Shown piece by piece: positions 11,461-22,757 of a DNA stretch of 64,000 bases (within the stretch, counting starts at the first letter, position 1; every line of letters starts with the position of its first letter). The stretch covers positions 1 to 64,000 of the forward strand of contig MU053652.1 of NCBI GenBank assembly GCA_013239625.1. Reading direction: 5' to 3'. A program made the position numbers and the translations under genes. The stretch is from Lama guanicoe (Eukaryota). Under the pieces are notes generated by a model. That model did no database searches, was not told the origin of the DNA, and worked only from the letters and a program-made list of their open reading frames with translations.

Positions 11461-14400
11461 ACCAGTTCCATTGGAGCTCCTGTGTACGCCTGCCCTTTGG
11501 CATATTTTGCTCGTGTCAAAAGTTAATCCTATTAATAGACATTTGGTTTGTTTATACTTAAAAAAATTTTTTGTTTTTGCTATTTCAAAAATGCTACTGT
11601 GAAAAAATTTGACAGTCCTCCTAATATACTTACATTTCTTTAGGTCAATGGCTTCCGATTTTTTGCACACTTTCAAAAAGGATTTGGAAAAAAATATGAA
11701 ACTCCTCACACTCTTTACATTGAAATCTAATATTTTTGTCCAAAGAAATGTTGCAAACTATAATTTTTGAAAGAGTTGCAAAGGACGTAATCCCAGTAGA
11801 TGATCAATACTGACATTTTAGAATAAAAACATCACTCCTAAATGTAAGATTTTCTTTAGCATTTAGAAAATTTACATTTTGCCTTTTGGTGCTTTAACTT
11901 GTAATTCCAGGCTTTCCCCTCATAGAATTTTATTCTAATGTAGTGCCTTTTTATGCTCGAAGTATTTTTCTTGTTCACTAGATCATATTCCTCTCCAATG
12001 AAAATATACAGAGATTTAAAATTTTAATGTTTTATCTCCTGTGACCATAAGGTTTGAAAAGTTAGGAAACTTTTCTTCTGAATCATGTTATCATTAGCAT
12101 TAGTATTAGTACAAAAATGATTTAAAAAAAAACACAAATAAACTTTTGATAAATTACTAAACATCTGTAAATTTTCACTGGAAATGAATCTCTAAAATGG
12201 AGGTATTTTTAAAAGCAGTTTACATAGCCAGGTGTGCTGTGAGAGTTAACTGTATAGTCCTGAACTACATAAAATAGCCTGGACCACATAAAATAATAAA
12301 TGTGGCCATGTGGCACGTGGCTATGTGGCACGGGCGTGAAACATAATGACTTAATAGTGTTGCTTTATAACCTTGAGTCTGAGGACTTTCAAGACGTTGT
12401 GTACTGGCAACAATGAAACAGATGATTTGCACCTCAGTGCAAACTCGCAGAGGGCTCTCCCTTCACTGCAGGTTCTGTCAACAAGAAAACACTGATGCAG
12501 CCAGTGAGGTAGAAGAAACACTGGCTGAAGCCCTGCCTGGAACCCCTCTTTCCAAGGGATTCTGTACAGAAGTTGGTGGTTCCTGATTTAAGAGACAAAA
12601 CGTGCCCTGGTACAGCCCTTACAGCGGGAGGAAACCTGGAGCTCAGGAGTGTCTCCAGACCCTTTGCTGTGAGGCAGCCTTGGGCTGTGCTGTGTGTTCT
12701 TACTTCAGTGCTAGTCTATTTTGTGTCGTGCTCTGACAGTAACCTGCAGACTTGTGCATTGCCATTTTGGATCCTGTGAGCATTTGAACCCCATCTCGCT
12801 GTGGAGACCCAAGGTCTTTTACAAACATGAGGGTAAAATAGCCTAGGAGTGGACAGGACAGTCTTTCAGGTCCCTTAGATGCCAGGGCACACCACACACT
12901 CCTGCCTGAGCCTCGCAATGAGCTGCCTGGGGAGACAGAATTCATCTAGAGAGATACAGGGGAGATGTTAATTAATTGTGGTGAGGACAATTAATTGTGA
13001 TAATGAAGGTTTAAGAAAGATATTGGAATATAATGGTAGATGGTTGTCCACTGCTTGTCTTATCTGCTAGAACACTGTGTGTAAAAATAGCCATTTGTGG
13101 GTAAGAAATCCATGCAGAGCTAGAGCTACAATTAGCGTACTCGGATTGCTGACAAAGGAAAATAATTAGTTACAACTTGATGGCCTACATTCCTTAGGAT
13201 GGAAAGACTAAATCTCAACACGGATGGCTATGAGAAGCACTCCAGTAACACAAACCAAAATTCACTTAGGGGTCATTGCTACTCATACAAGGAACTCAGC
13301 ATTTTGGGGTCTCCGCTTTATTTCCTGAGTGGACTAAAGCAGTGGTACTCACCAGCAACAACATGTGTGGAGGATCAGACAGCATGTGGCCCACTCAAAA
13401 TAAGAGACCTTAAGAGAACCAGGAGCTGGGCTAGGGGAAATGGGCTGAGCTGAATCTGTTTTTCATCAGGAAAGACATATTGCAGGAGAAGAACTTATAA
13501 CATAAGCAGGACACCTGGAAGGCATCCTAGTCCAAGGAGAAGGGCAGACATAGCTGGAACGATAACTCAGCATCGATAAAATGGGCCCTGCAATTAGGGC
13601 AGATATTAGGACGACACGCCCAAACCCAGCAACAGGAACGAGCAAGCAGGTCCACACAAGCCAAGTTGTTTGATGTCTTTACGTGAATGCAGTCAGAGGT
13701 ATCCCAGGCACAGTGGCCAGGGGTGCTCACAGCAGAGGCCCAAGTTAATACTTGTGGGGGACTTACAGGCCCTCCAGTCTATGAAAATCTGTAACTGGGG
13801 CATGCACCCTGTTGGGATGTCTTTCCCAGCGTCAGCACCATGACTGAGCACTAACCTTTCTTTTCCTCGTGCTGCAACTCATGTTAATTGGACATTTTAT
13901 TTATTTTTTAATTTATTTATGGATACTATTGTGCACGATTTTTTGCAACTTTTTAGCTGAACAATATCTTGGACATCCGAACATAATAGTACATGTAATA
14001 TATTGAGATGAATACTGGAAAAGTAGTTGTAAAAGAATTTTGCATCTACATTCATGTATAAGATTAGCCAATAGTTTTCTTGCCCTATGATACTTTTTTT
14101 TTTACAGAATGTCATTTATGAAATTTAAAAACCCAAGCATACAGAACCCGTTTTACAAGGTTGCAAATACACCGGAGTGCTGGCCCATGACAAGGGCTGG
14201 GGAGGGGACAGGGTGCAGGCAGCAGGGTTGAAGGGCAAAGGGAAAAAAGTGGAAGTGAGAACAAATGACACACTGAGGGGCCTTGAATGGGCTGGTGGGT
14301 GTATGCAGGGCGCTGAATAATAGTTATTCGTTACAGGGTTTGCTAGTCTGATGAAACAACTAGGTGGCTTCTCTCCATCTCTCTTTTTTCTTCCCTATGT

Positions 14401-14775
14401 TTTGGAACCATTTTTATGACATGAAAATGATCTGTTGCTTTAAAGTTTGTAAAATGCAACCTTAACATTGTCTAGACCTGTTGCCCTTTTTGTAGGTAAT
14501 TGTAGGTAATTGTTTTTTTGCTCTTTTTTTTTTTTTGTAGGTAATTGTTTTATTACTCTTTCAAGTGGACATATTTTAAACACGACTAGAGGGCCTCCCA
14601 TAGACCCTGTTGTGGACTTTTCTCATCGGAAATCAATATTTATTTAAGCCATAAAACCAGAGGAATTTGGCTGGGTACTCAAGACTTCTTATTTCTCTAC
14701 TCAGACATTTTGAATCCTGGAATAACAGAGACTTGGCCTCAAGTTTATACTCTGCTGAGAAATAATATATAGGAT

Positions 14776-15290
14776 ATGGTAGGAAAATAATACCGAAATC
14801 CCCCCAAAGATATTCATGTCCTAATTCCTGGAACCTGTGGACTATGTTAGGTTACTTGGCACAGGAGAATTAAGATTGCAGGTGAAATTGTTTGCTAATA
14901 CGTTGACTTTGAGATGGGGAGAGGATCGTGGATTATTCAAGCGGGCCCATGTGATGACACTGGAAGGGGTTAGAAAGAGAGGTGAGGAGAGAGGGAATCA
15001 GAGAGGCAGCATGAGAAGGACTCAGCGAACATGGCTGGCTTTGAGCATGGAGGAAGGAGCCACAGCCCAGGATGCGGGCAGCCTCCAGAGGCTGGAGAAA
15101 GCAAGGAAACGGAATCTCCCCTAGAGCTTCCACACAAGGAAGCAGGCCTGCCAACACCTTGACCTTAGCCCAGTGAGAATCACGTCAGACTTCTGACCTT
15201 TAGAAGTGTAAGATACGTACGAAATTGGCATTGTTTTAAGCCATTCAGTTTGTAGCCATTTATTACAGCAGCAATAGGAAAGTAATTCGT
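14776..15290 (+). mobile_element. MLT1D-like MaLR LTR
   Basis: CCCCCAAAGATATTCATGTCCTAATTCCTGGAACCTGTG...CAGCCTCCAGAGGCTGGAGAAAGCAAGGAAACGGAATCTCCCCTAGAGCTTCC...TTACAGCAGCAATAGGAAA. Confidence 0.8.
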
Positions 15291-17432
15291 ACCGTGTACA
15301 CAAAGGTGGATTTTTGTTGAGAGTGAAAAAATTAGTTATACTGTAATTGTGTCTGATTCATGTTGTAACCATCTACCCAGAGTACTACTTGCTGTAATTT
15401 AGAAAGCATGGATAGAAGTAATGTTGTTGAAGCTAGTGAAACTCATGATAGTACTGATGTTGATAATCACATTTATTAGGAAATTGAATTAAAGCCCCTC
15501 CAGGACATTATTTTTATGGAAAAGAGTTGGTCTGAAGATGCAGATGTAATTAATGATCGATTATGGTTCTTAACTACACAATAGATCTATAGCATAAACT
15601 GTATGCACGTAGAGATCAGGGAAGCAAAAGATTTGTAAAGTTACTACAAAAACATGAGAGAGTTTGTGCTGCAAACACTGAGTGCTTCAGCTCTTTGTTT
15701 AAATCTAAAACAGCCTCTCCCTGGCTATTGAAAATGTTTGGAATCTGCATGTACAGTTTGATGTCTGTCTGATTAGGCAATGTTACAAGGCGAGTAAGTA
15801 CTGTCAAACTAAGAGTGTTTTCTTTTATCGTAAAGGAGGCTTTGACTACAGATCGGGGGTGGACTGCACACTTGCAGGCCTGGAACTAGATGAAACTGTC
15901 TTACGAAATAAGAAATGTAATTCCCTGGTGATAGCCGTGATTTGCCCCTGGTATTAATTAGCACCCCCACCACCACCAAAGGAGTCCAGCCCTGGGGCTG
16001 GTTACGTAACAAGAATGTCTACATGACCAGCAGGGTGTAAGAGGCCCCAGCTTAGACCATTTTTGGGCTCCAAGAGGATCTGGGAACTGATTCCCTTAAA
16101 CTCTCCTTGTTTTCTCATCCTCTAGAAAGTCCTCATTAGGACCACAGTCATGTCTCCTTTTCTAACTGGAGGGAAGCTTCAACTGGAGGGAAGCTTCTCG
16201 TGGGTGCAAGACGGCAGAGGCAGGAGGTGGTAGACTTGACAGCAGAGAAATGAGCTGGTGCTTGTCCATTTTCTCTGCGTATCAGTGTCTGTAAACATGC
16301 ATTGAGATCATCAGCTAAATTTGAAGGGAAACGTGTTGGCGACTTTAGGAAAAAGGAGAAGGCATAAAACAGTTCTGAAGGAGGGTAAGCAGTAAAAGAC
16401 AGAGAGCAGAATTGGCCTCTTGGATTTTTCCCCACCAATCAATTTTATTTTTTTCTCTTTTCTCTTTGGCTGCTAGAAGCCATGTTGTCTTTTGATTTTC
16501 TTTCTGGCCCTTTTCCCCACCATCAGTTAATATGCCACCTAGTGTGGCCTGCTAGTGAGTCCCTCTGTTAACTGGGTTACTGCACAAACCGTAAGCTGAA
16601 GTTGCCTCCATTGTAAGATGAGAGTTGGAAGGATATTATTTGTGTTATTCACAGGAAGAGGGGTTTCTCATCCCTTCCATCCCTGTCTTCCACAGTAAAT
16701 CTTTAAAGGAAAGTCCTGGAGCTTAAATTCCCAATTCTAGGGTTTTTCAGGGGTCATTACAAGCATTGTCCTTGACAAAGGAAGCCTGGAGACAGCCACA
16801 GCTGGGTTATTCCCAGAGCTATTGTATTAAAAATAATTCGTAGAGGCTGCCCCACCGCCCTCTCTCCCCTCCTTCTGACCAAACTGACTCATTGGGCAGG
16901 AGGGGTTGGTGATACTCTGAAGAGTCACCCATCCTTGTCATGAGGGAGACTGTCCAGCTCCCACACACAGCCATGACCTGAGACTCAGGACCTGGGATCC
17001 CAGGGCTCAGGTTCTAGGACTAGCTTTTCCACTGTCAGTGTGCCCTATCACTTAGCCTTTCTGAGCCCTCAGTTTCTTCATATGAAAAATAATTAACACT
17101 GTGGTGGTTCTCAGCAGAGAGAAGGGACTGCCTACCAGAGTAGGTTGGAATGCCTTTACAGGACACATATTCCTTCTTGTCTCTTGTGACAAAAACTCCA
17201 GTCATTCTGACACACCCACCACCCAGTACTAAATGAGCACGAAGGGCGCCTGACAGATCTAACACGTAGTCTGGAGAACCAGATATGCAATCATAACCTG
17301 TATTAAAGCTTGAAAAATGTGGATATCAAGGTGCTTGTTATAGTATGAGCCTGTGAGTTTGGAGGAATTAATCTAATGTCTTTCCAGACCCCAAAAAGCT
17401 CCATCCAGTGGGATGTGTGTGCCAGGATATGA

Positions 17433-17448
17433 CCAGCAGGGGGCAGCA
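17433..17448 (+). promoter_or_regulatory. CTCF consensus motif
   Basis: CCAGCAGGGGGCAGCA matches the core CCASYAGRKGGCRS exactly. Confidence 0.6.
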
Positions 17449-17684
17449 CATACCTACATACCTAGCTCTCCAGACAAATCTAACAGAAAACTGGCCATCA
17501 GGCATTGTATCTGGGGAAAGACGAGCAACTTTAACAAAGTCTCCTTGGGCATATAAATGAAAAGCCATTTGGAACACAATTTGGAACTCAAACCCAAGTA
17601 CAGAAGCGGGAAAATTTTGTCTTTGAATCCTCACCACCTCCTATTTTTTTCTTTACCAGTTTTTGCTTTTTAAAGTACGGTTGG

Positions 17685-17826
17685 GGGACTGACAGCATGG
17701 GCCTGAACTAAGAGTTTGTCAGAAATGCAGAATTTCAGGCCCCACCCCAGATCCACTGAGTCAGAATCTGCATTTTCACAAGATTCCCAGGTGATTCGTG
17801 TTCACACTAAATTTTGAAAACCATTA
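17685..17826. mobile_element. MER5-like hAT element
   Basis: AGAAATGCAGAATTTCAGGCCCCACCCCAGATCCACTGAGTCAGAATCTGCATTTT. Confidence 0.75.
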
Positions 17827-19420
17827 AGGTAACCACCTCTTGTCTACAGACACATGCCACCCAGAAACCCACCCTGTTCCTGGTCCCCAACCTCCCTCCC
17901 ACCCCCACCTGCTCCCCCTGCAACACCACAGGGGTTTCCTGCTGGTTTCAGGCTGGAGGAGGGCAGGTAGCATAGCCTGGAGTGCGCAGCTGTGAGATTT
18001 GTGAGAGACATTCCACCCATCCTGCTTCCTTTGACTCTGGGTAACTGCCCAGCGGGGGAACACGAGGTCAGATGCCCCAAAGAGACTGAAAACTATGAAC
18101 ATCCACAGCCCACAGCCCAGAGTTGGTTTGCATAAATATAGAAATATATGAATCTCGAGTGCAAAACAATTGCTTTAGATATTAGCATTGGGTACTTAAT
18201 TCCTTGAAACAGTGAAAAGAAACAAGCCAGCACCTTTCTATTTCTTCTGTCGCCACAGGGAGCGTGTTTCACACCTCAGGCTTCTCCCTGGATGCTCAAT
18301 GCCTCACTGAGGAAGGAGCTTTGTCCAAAAGATTTCTCACCCTGTCCAGAGCCTACGTGCTGGCTAGGAAGCTGCTGTTTGCTTGCCATGGAGGAGAAAG
18401 CAAACAGGAAGCACATTTCTCTTGAGGGGTGAGTGCTTGTCAGGAGCTCCTTTGGGGGAGATTCATCTTTCTGCAGGAGAAGGGGGTTCTGAGTATTTTG
18501 GGGACAGTGGGCTTCCCCAGGACCCTCAGAGGGGCACCTGGAGATGGGTGTCTGGCACCAGGGCCGTGCAGGAGGCCCTCCTGGGGGGTGTTTACCTGCA
18601 CCCAGGCTGGAGGCTGAGGCTTTTGTTGCCAGAATGCAAGATGCCTTTCTGATAGAAACCTCACGACACCCTTGCGGTACCTGACAGCCAACTCCTGCGG
18701 GAAGACCAGCCTGGCCTAGGGAGACACTGTCCCCAAAGAGATGGCCAAGCTTTGTTCACTGAGGATTGTTCGAGATGTAGGATAAAGGTTCAAAACTTAG
18801 CCAAAGCCAGCTCTGAGTGATAAGGGCACAGGGAAAAGGAGGTGATAGCCTGCATCCTCCCCAGTGGCCAGCCCTCCACAGCCCCTCGGGAGTGCTCCCC
18901 AGGTCAGGGTAGGCTCCATCGGAGAGGCCCAAGTATAGTTTCTTAGTATCCGGAAGCTGACAGAGGTAAACAGAAAAAAACAGAGTTGAGAAATCAAAAC
19001 AGTCCCGTGTTTATGGCAGAATAAAGAAACAGCTCATTCCTGCTCCCTCGGGAGAGTCAGCAAATAACCAATGCAGGGTCTCTGTAATTCCAGCATCTCT
19101 CTTTAGCAGATTATCACATAAATGGTATGAGCAAAACAAGGTTAGGCTTAGAGTAGAAATCGCTTTATCCTTATAGTAACACCATGAAAACTGTGTCGGT
19201 GCAACTAAGCGAGGCTCTTGGGCATCATTACAGGTATTTATAGATGCTGTATGCAGTGGGCTCCTGAGGAAGCATGATCTGCACATCTGGGGACCCAGGT
19301 AAGTGCGAGGCCCTCAGGAGCCTCTGTGTGGGGTTATGACCTATTGGCCGGATGAAGCATAAGGGGACATTTGGAACCAACCATCAGTCCATAAATAAGA
19401 CTCTGACTTGGATATGGAAA

Positions 19421-19844
19421 TGTTATGGAAACGACAGGCCAGCCAAGAAACAAGGGTTGGACAAGGGCTGGAGTACTCAGATTTATTTCGCCGGCGGGCT
19501 CAGAGGGGCTTCTGCTCCGAAGCTCTGAGCACCTCCAAAACGTATGTATGAGGTTTTATAGGGTTAATTACAAGCTTGGGGTACTCGGCCAATAGGCATG
19601 GAACAGCTTTAGCAGCATCATTATCACAAAAGCAGAGACAGGGAGGCAGCAAACCAACATTCCAAGGCCAGAAATGTCTCTCTGAAAATCCAGCTGGCTA
19701 GCAAAAACAAACATGAGCAGGGAATCAGCAAACCGACACTTATTAACTTAGCTTTACGAGTTAGCCCAGCAGAACTCAGATCAGTAATCTGACACTTGTT
19801 ACACTTAGATTTATGAGTAGGCCCAACGTGGCTTTTCGTTCTCA
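19421..19844 (-). mobile_element. Probable young solo LTR
   Basis: TG...CA-like ends, reversed poly(A) signal (TTTATT ~19483) and TATA (TTTTATA ~19554) in LTR order, and retained CpGs. No clean TSD found. Confidence 0.5.
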
Positions 19845-20797
19845 ATAAGAGAAGGAAAGGCCACTCCTCATCTTTTGGGGCAGTGTGCGAGGTGGGCAGG
19901 GAACTTTCCTGGGGTAGAGATGACTTGAGGTGTCAAAGCTTAGGCACACTGACTTGATCGCATATCGAAAGCATGACTGGGGCAGGAGAAATGAACTCTT
20001 GGGTGTCCTCCACCCAGACCAAAACTCACCCCAAGTTGTAGGAGAGAAGTCGTTGTATGACACTGAGGGATGAGCTAAAGAGAAATCATTTTAAGAGACT
20101 AAGAGGGAAAGTCCAACAAGAAGAGGTTTAACAATGGCAGCAAAAGGACCTTGGTGAGCATGGCCGGGGAGTGACCTGGTCAGCATAGTGGTGGCGACTT
20201 TGGCAGGAAGCACACTGGAGGGCAAAGCAGGCCCACAACTGCCGAAGTCCTAGCAGCGGAGCCCCAGCGACACTGTATGGAGAAGAGCACCCCACACAGA
20301 AGCTGCAGGCAGGTGGGCGTCAGAAAATCAGCAGAGCCTGGGCCTGACCTAGAGGTCCCGGCAAAACGGAGAGAACACAGAGAATCCTGGAGACATTGCG
20401 AGAGACGCCAGGGTGCTTGTCATAGATGGCATCTCAATTTGATGTTGTCCCCAGCAAGCAAGAAGCCATAGAAACAGTAGCCACTATTATTATAGACATG
20501 ACTGTTGCAAGGCTTAACCGCCGTGGGATGTTAAGGTGTGTAAATTTAGCTGCCCACGTCTCTCCAGGCTCAGTTTGATCATCTGTAGAGCAATGAGTTT
20601 GACCAGAAAATATCTAAGTTTCCTTCCAACTCTAATGAACAATGATGCTTAGAATTTGGAAAGAAAGGGGGAAATTTATCGAAACCCAGTAAAACTGGAT
20701 ACAATGGAAAAAAAAAGTGACAAGAAGCGGAAAAGAAGAGATGAGCTTAAAATTCTTGAATAAATACATTAAGGCCAATTGTCAGGAATAACCTTTA

Positions 20798-20900
20798 GTA
20801 AGGTGACCAGCCATCCCTGGGACTGCGGGGGTTCCGGATCACAGGACTTTCAGTTTTAAAATCAGGGAAGGCCCAGGTAAACTGAGATGAATTGGCTACC
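20798..20900. mobile_element. MER94-like hAT-Blackjack fragment
   Basis: AGGTGACCAGCCATCCC...GGACTTTCAGTTTTAAAATCAGGGAAGGCCCAGG. Confidence 0.55.
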
Positions 20901-21746
20901 ACGAATGAATTAGGACCTCAGATACCCCCAAAATAATATTGCATGAAGTAAACATAGGAATGAGAACACGATAGTTCAATACACATAAATTGGGATTTGA
21001 TAAATGAAGGATGTGTGTTCTTGTAAGGAAGCACACTTAATATAAAGATAACACTGTGCACTAAAGAAGGAAAAAGCACACCTGAACAACGAATCTATGA
21101 CTCTTGGAGAATACTTGGGGAAAATAAAACAAGAAAGAAATCAATGTTATATTATTCAGGGAGCATGCTTCCAAAACCCGCCAGGCATATAATATGTGTG
21201 ATCATTTACCAAGGTAAATCGAGAGCTTAAACAAATTCTGAGATTATTAGGCAAATCTTAACAATTCTGAGAGTGAGTGCCTTTTGTTTGAGTCGAAGAG
21301 AGAGGAGCGTAGGTTTTACTTCTTTTGTCTGGGGATGAGGATCAGGGTTTTTCAGAGGCTAGCTTAAGAGAATGGCACTGCTCATGTCCTCACCACCCTG
21401 CCTTCCTCCCTGCCACCTCCTGCCACATGGGGCTGGTTTGAGCCCCCTTGGAGGAAGAGATTAGATGTAAAAGTGGAAGAAGCTGTTTTGGTGAGAAACC
21501 TTGTAAGACTTGGGGCTCCAACAGTGATGCTTCAGCACACAAGTGACAAAGTACAAGATGACGTGGTCAGGGAGCTCTCTCCCCACTTCACTGTGGAGCC
21601 CAGTTTCAGGCTGGCTCCCTCAGGACTGGCAGCTTTGGGACTGTTAGGAGATTGCAGGCTCCCCAAGGACATGGATATGGTCAGCAGTGCAGGGGTGAGA
21701 TGCCTGCAAGGGACTCTATGAAAAGTGCCATTAAGAATATATGTGT

Positions 21747-21799
21747 TAAATTGACACAACATTGTAAACTGACTATAACTCAACAATAATTTAAAAAAA
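21747..21799 (+). mobile_element. Extremely 5'-truncated L1 3' tip
   Basis: AAATTGACACAACATTGTAAACTGACTATAACTCAA plus A-tail, matching the L1 end at ~6803-6840. TSD AAGAATATATGTGT at 21733-21746 and 21800-21813. Confidence 0.85.
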
Positions 21800-21811
21800 A
21801 AGAATATATGT

Positions 21812-21937
21812 GTGGTGGGGAGGTATAGCTCAAGTGGTAGAGCGCATGCTTAGCATGATGAGGTCCTGGGTTCAATCCTCAGTACCTCCTTTAAAAATAA
21901 ATAAACCTCATTACCTCGCCCCTGCCAAGAACAAAAA
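21812..21937 (+). mobile_element. tRNA-Ala-derived SINE (Vic-1-like, camelid)
   Basis: GGGGAGGTATAGCTCAAGTGGTAGAGCGCATGCTTAGCATG...GGTTCAATCC (Pol III A and B boxes), then an AT-rich/C-rich tail. TSD AAGAATATATGT at 21800-21811 and 21938-21949. Confidence 0.85.
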
Positions 21938-22757
21938 AAGAATATATGTAGGAATATTAAGAAACATACATTGAAAGATGAGATTCATTTCATTCGTGTT
22001 TTCATAACTGTGATTTGTTTATGTTACCTTTGCCTTGGTATTCCACTTTATAAATATGCTGCGATGTGATTCTGTCTGTTGTTGATACGTATTTGAATTG
22101 TTTCTAGGCTTTTACTGTTACAACCAATGCTGCTAGGAACATCTTTGTACACCCAGGCACCAGGATACACGTATGTCTAAGACCTTTTCTCAGACAGAAA
22201 TTGCTGACGTGCAAAGGTACATATTTTCAGCTTTACTAGATAATAGCAAATCGTATTCCAAAGTTATTGCACCAATGTGCCTTCCCCAGCTATATATGAA
22301 AAATTATGTTGCTCACGAACATTAAATACCATTGGTCTCTTCCATTTGGCCATTTTTTAATGGTATCTGGTTGTGAGTTTAATTTGTATTTTACTGATTA
22401 CTAAGGAGGTTGACTATTTTTTCATATGTTTATTGGCCACTGGGATCTTCATCTGTTATCTATAAAGAGTCTTTCCCCCCCTTTTTTTTTCTGTTTGGTT
22501 GATTTTTTCCTAATGATTTGTAGGTGTTCTGTATGTAGTCTAGATAACCGTCCTTTGCTGCTTATACGTGTATTGCAGATGTAACTGGCTGGGGGCCTGT
22601 ATTTGCATGCCCTTTATGATATGTTTATATGCAGAGAGTTTCTTAATCTTAATGTGATCAAATGAATCAGCCTTTCTTTGGTCCTTTTTGTATCTTCTCT
22701 GAGAAACTGTTTTCTAAGCTGAGATCAGGAAGATGTTCTCTTTTCTTATTATACCAC

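Noticed and set aside
21812..21890. tRNA-Ala-like gene (also ~43790-43860)
   Set aside because: Imperfect acceptor stem, A-rich tails and TSDs show that these are SINEs rather than tRNA genes.
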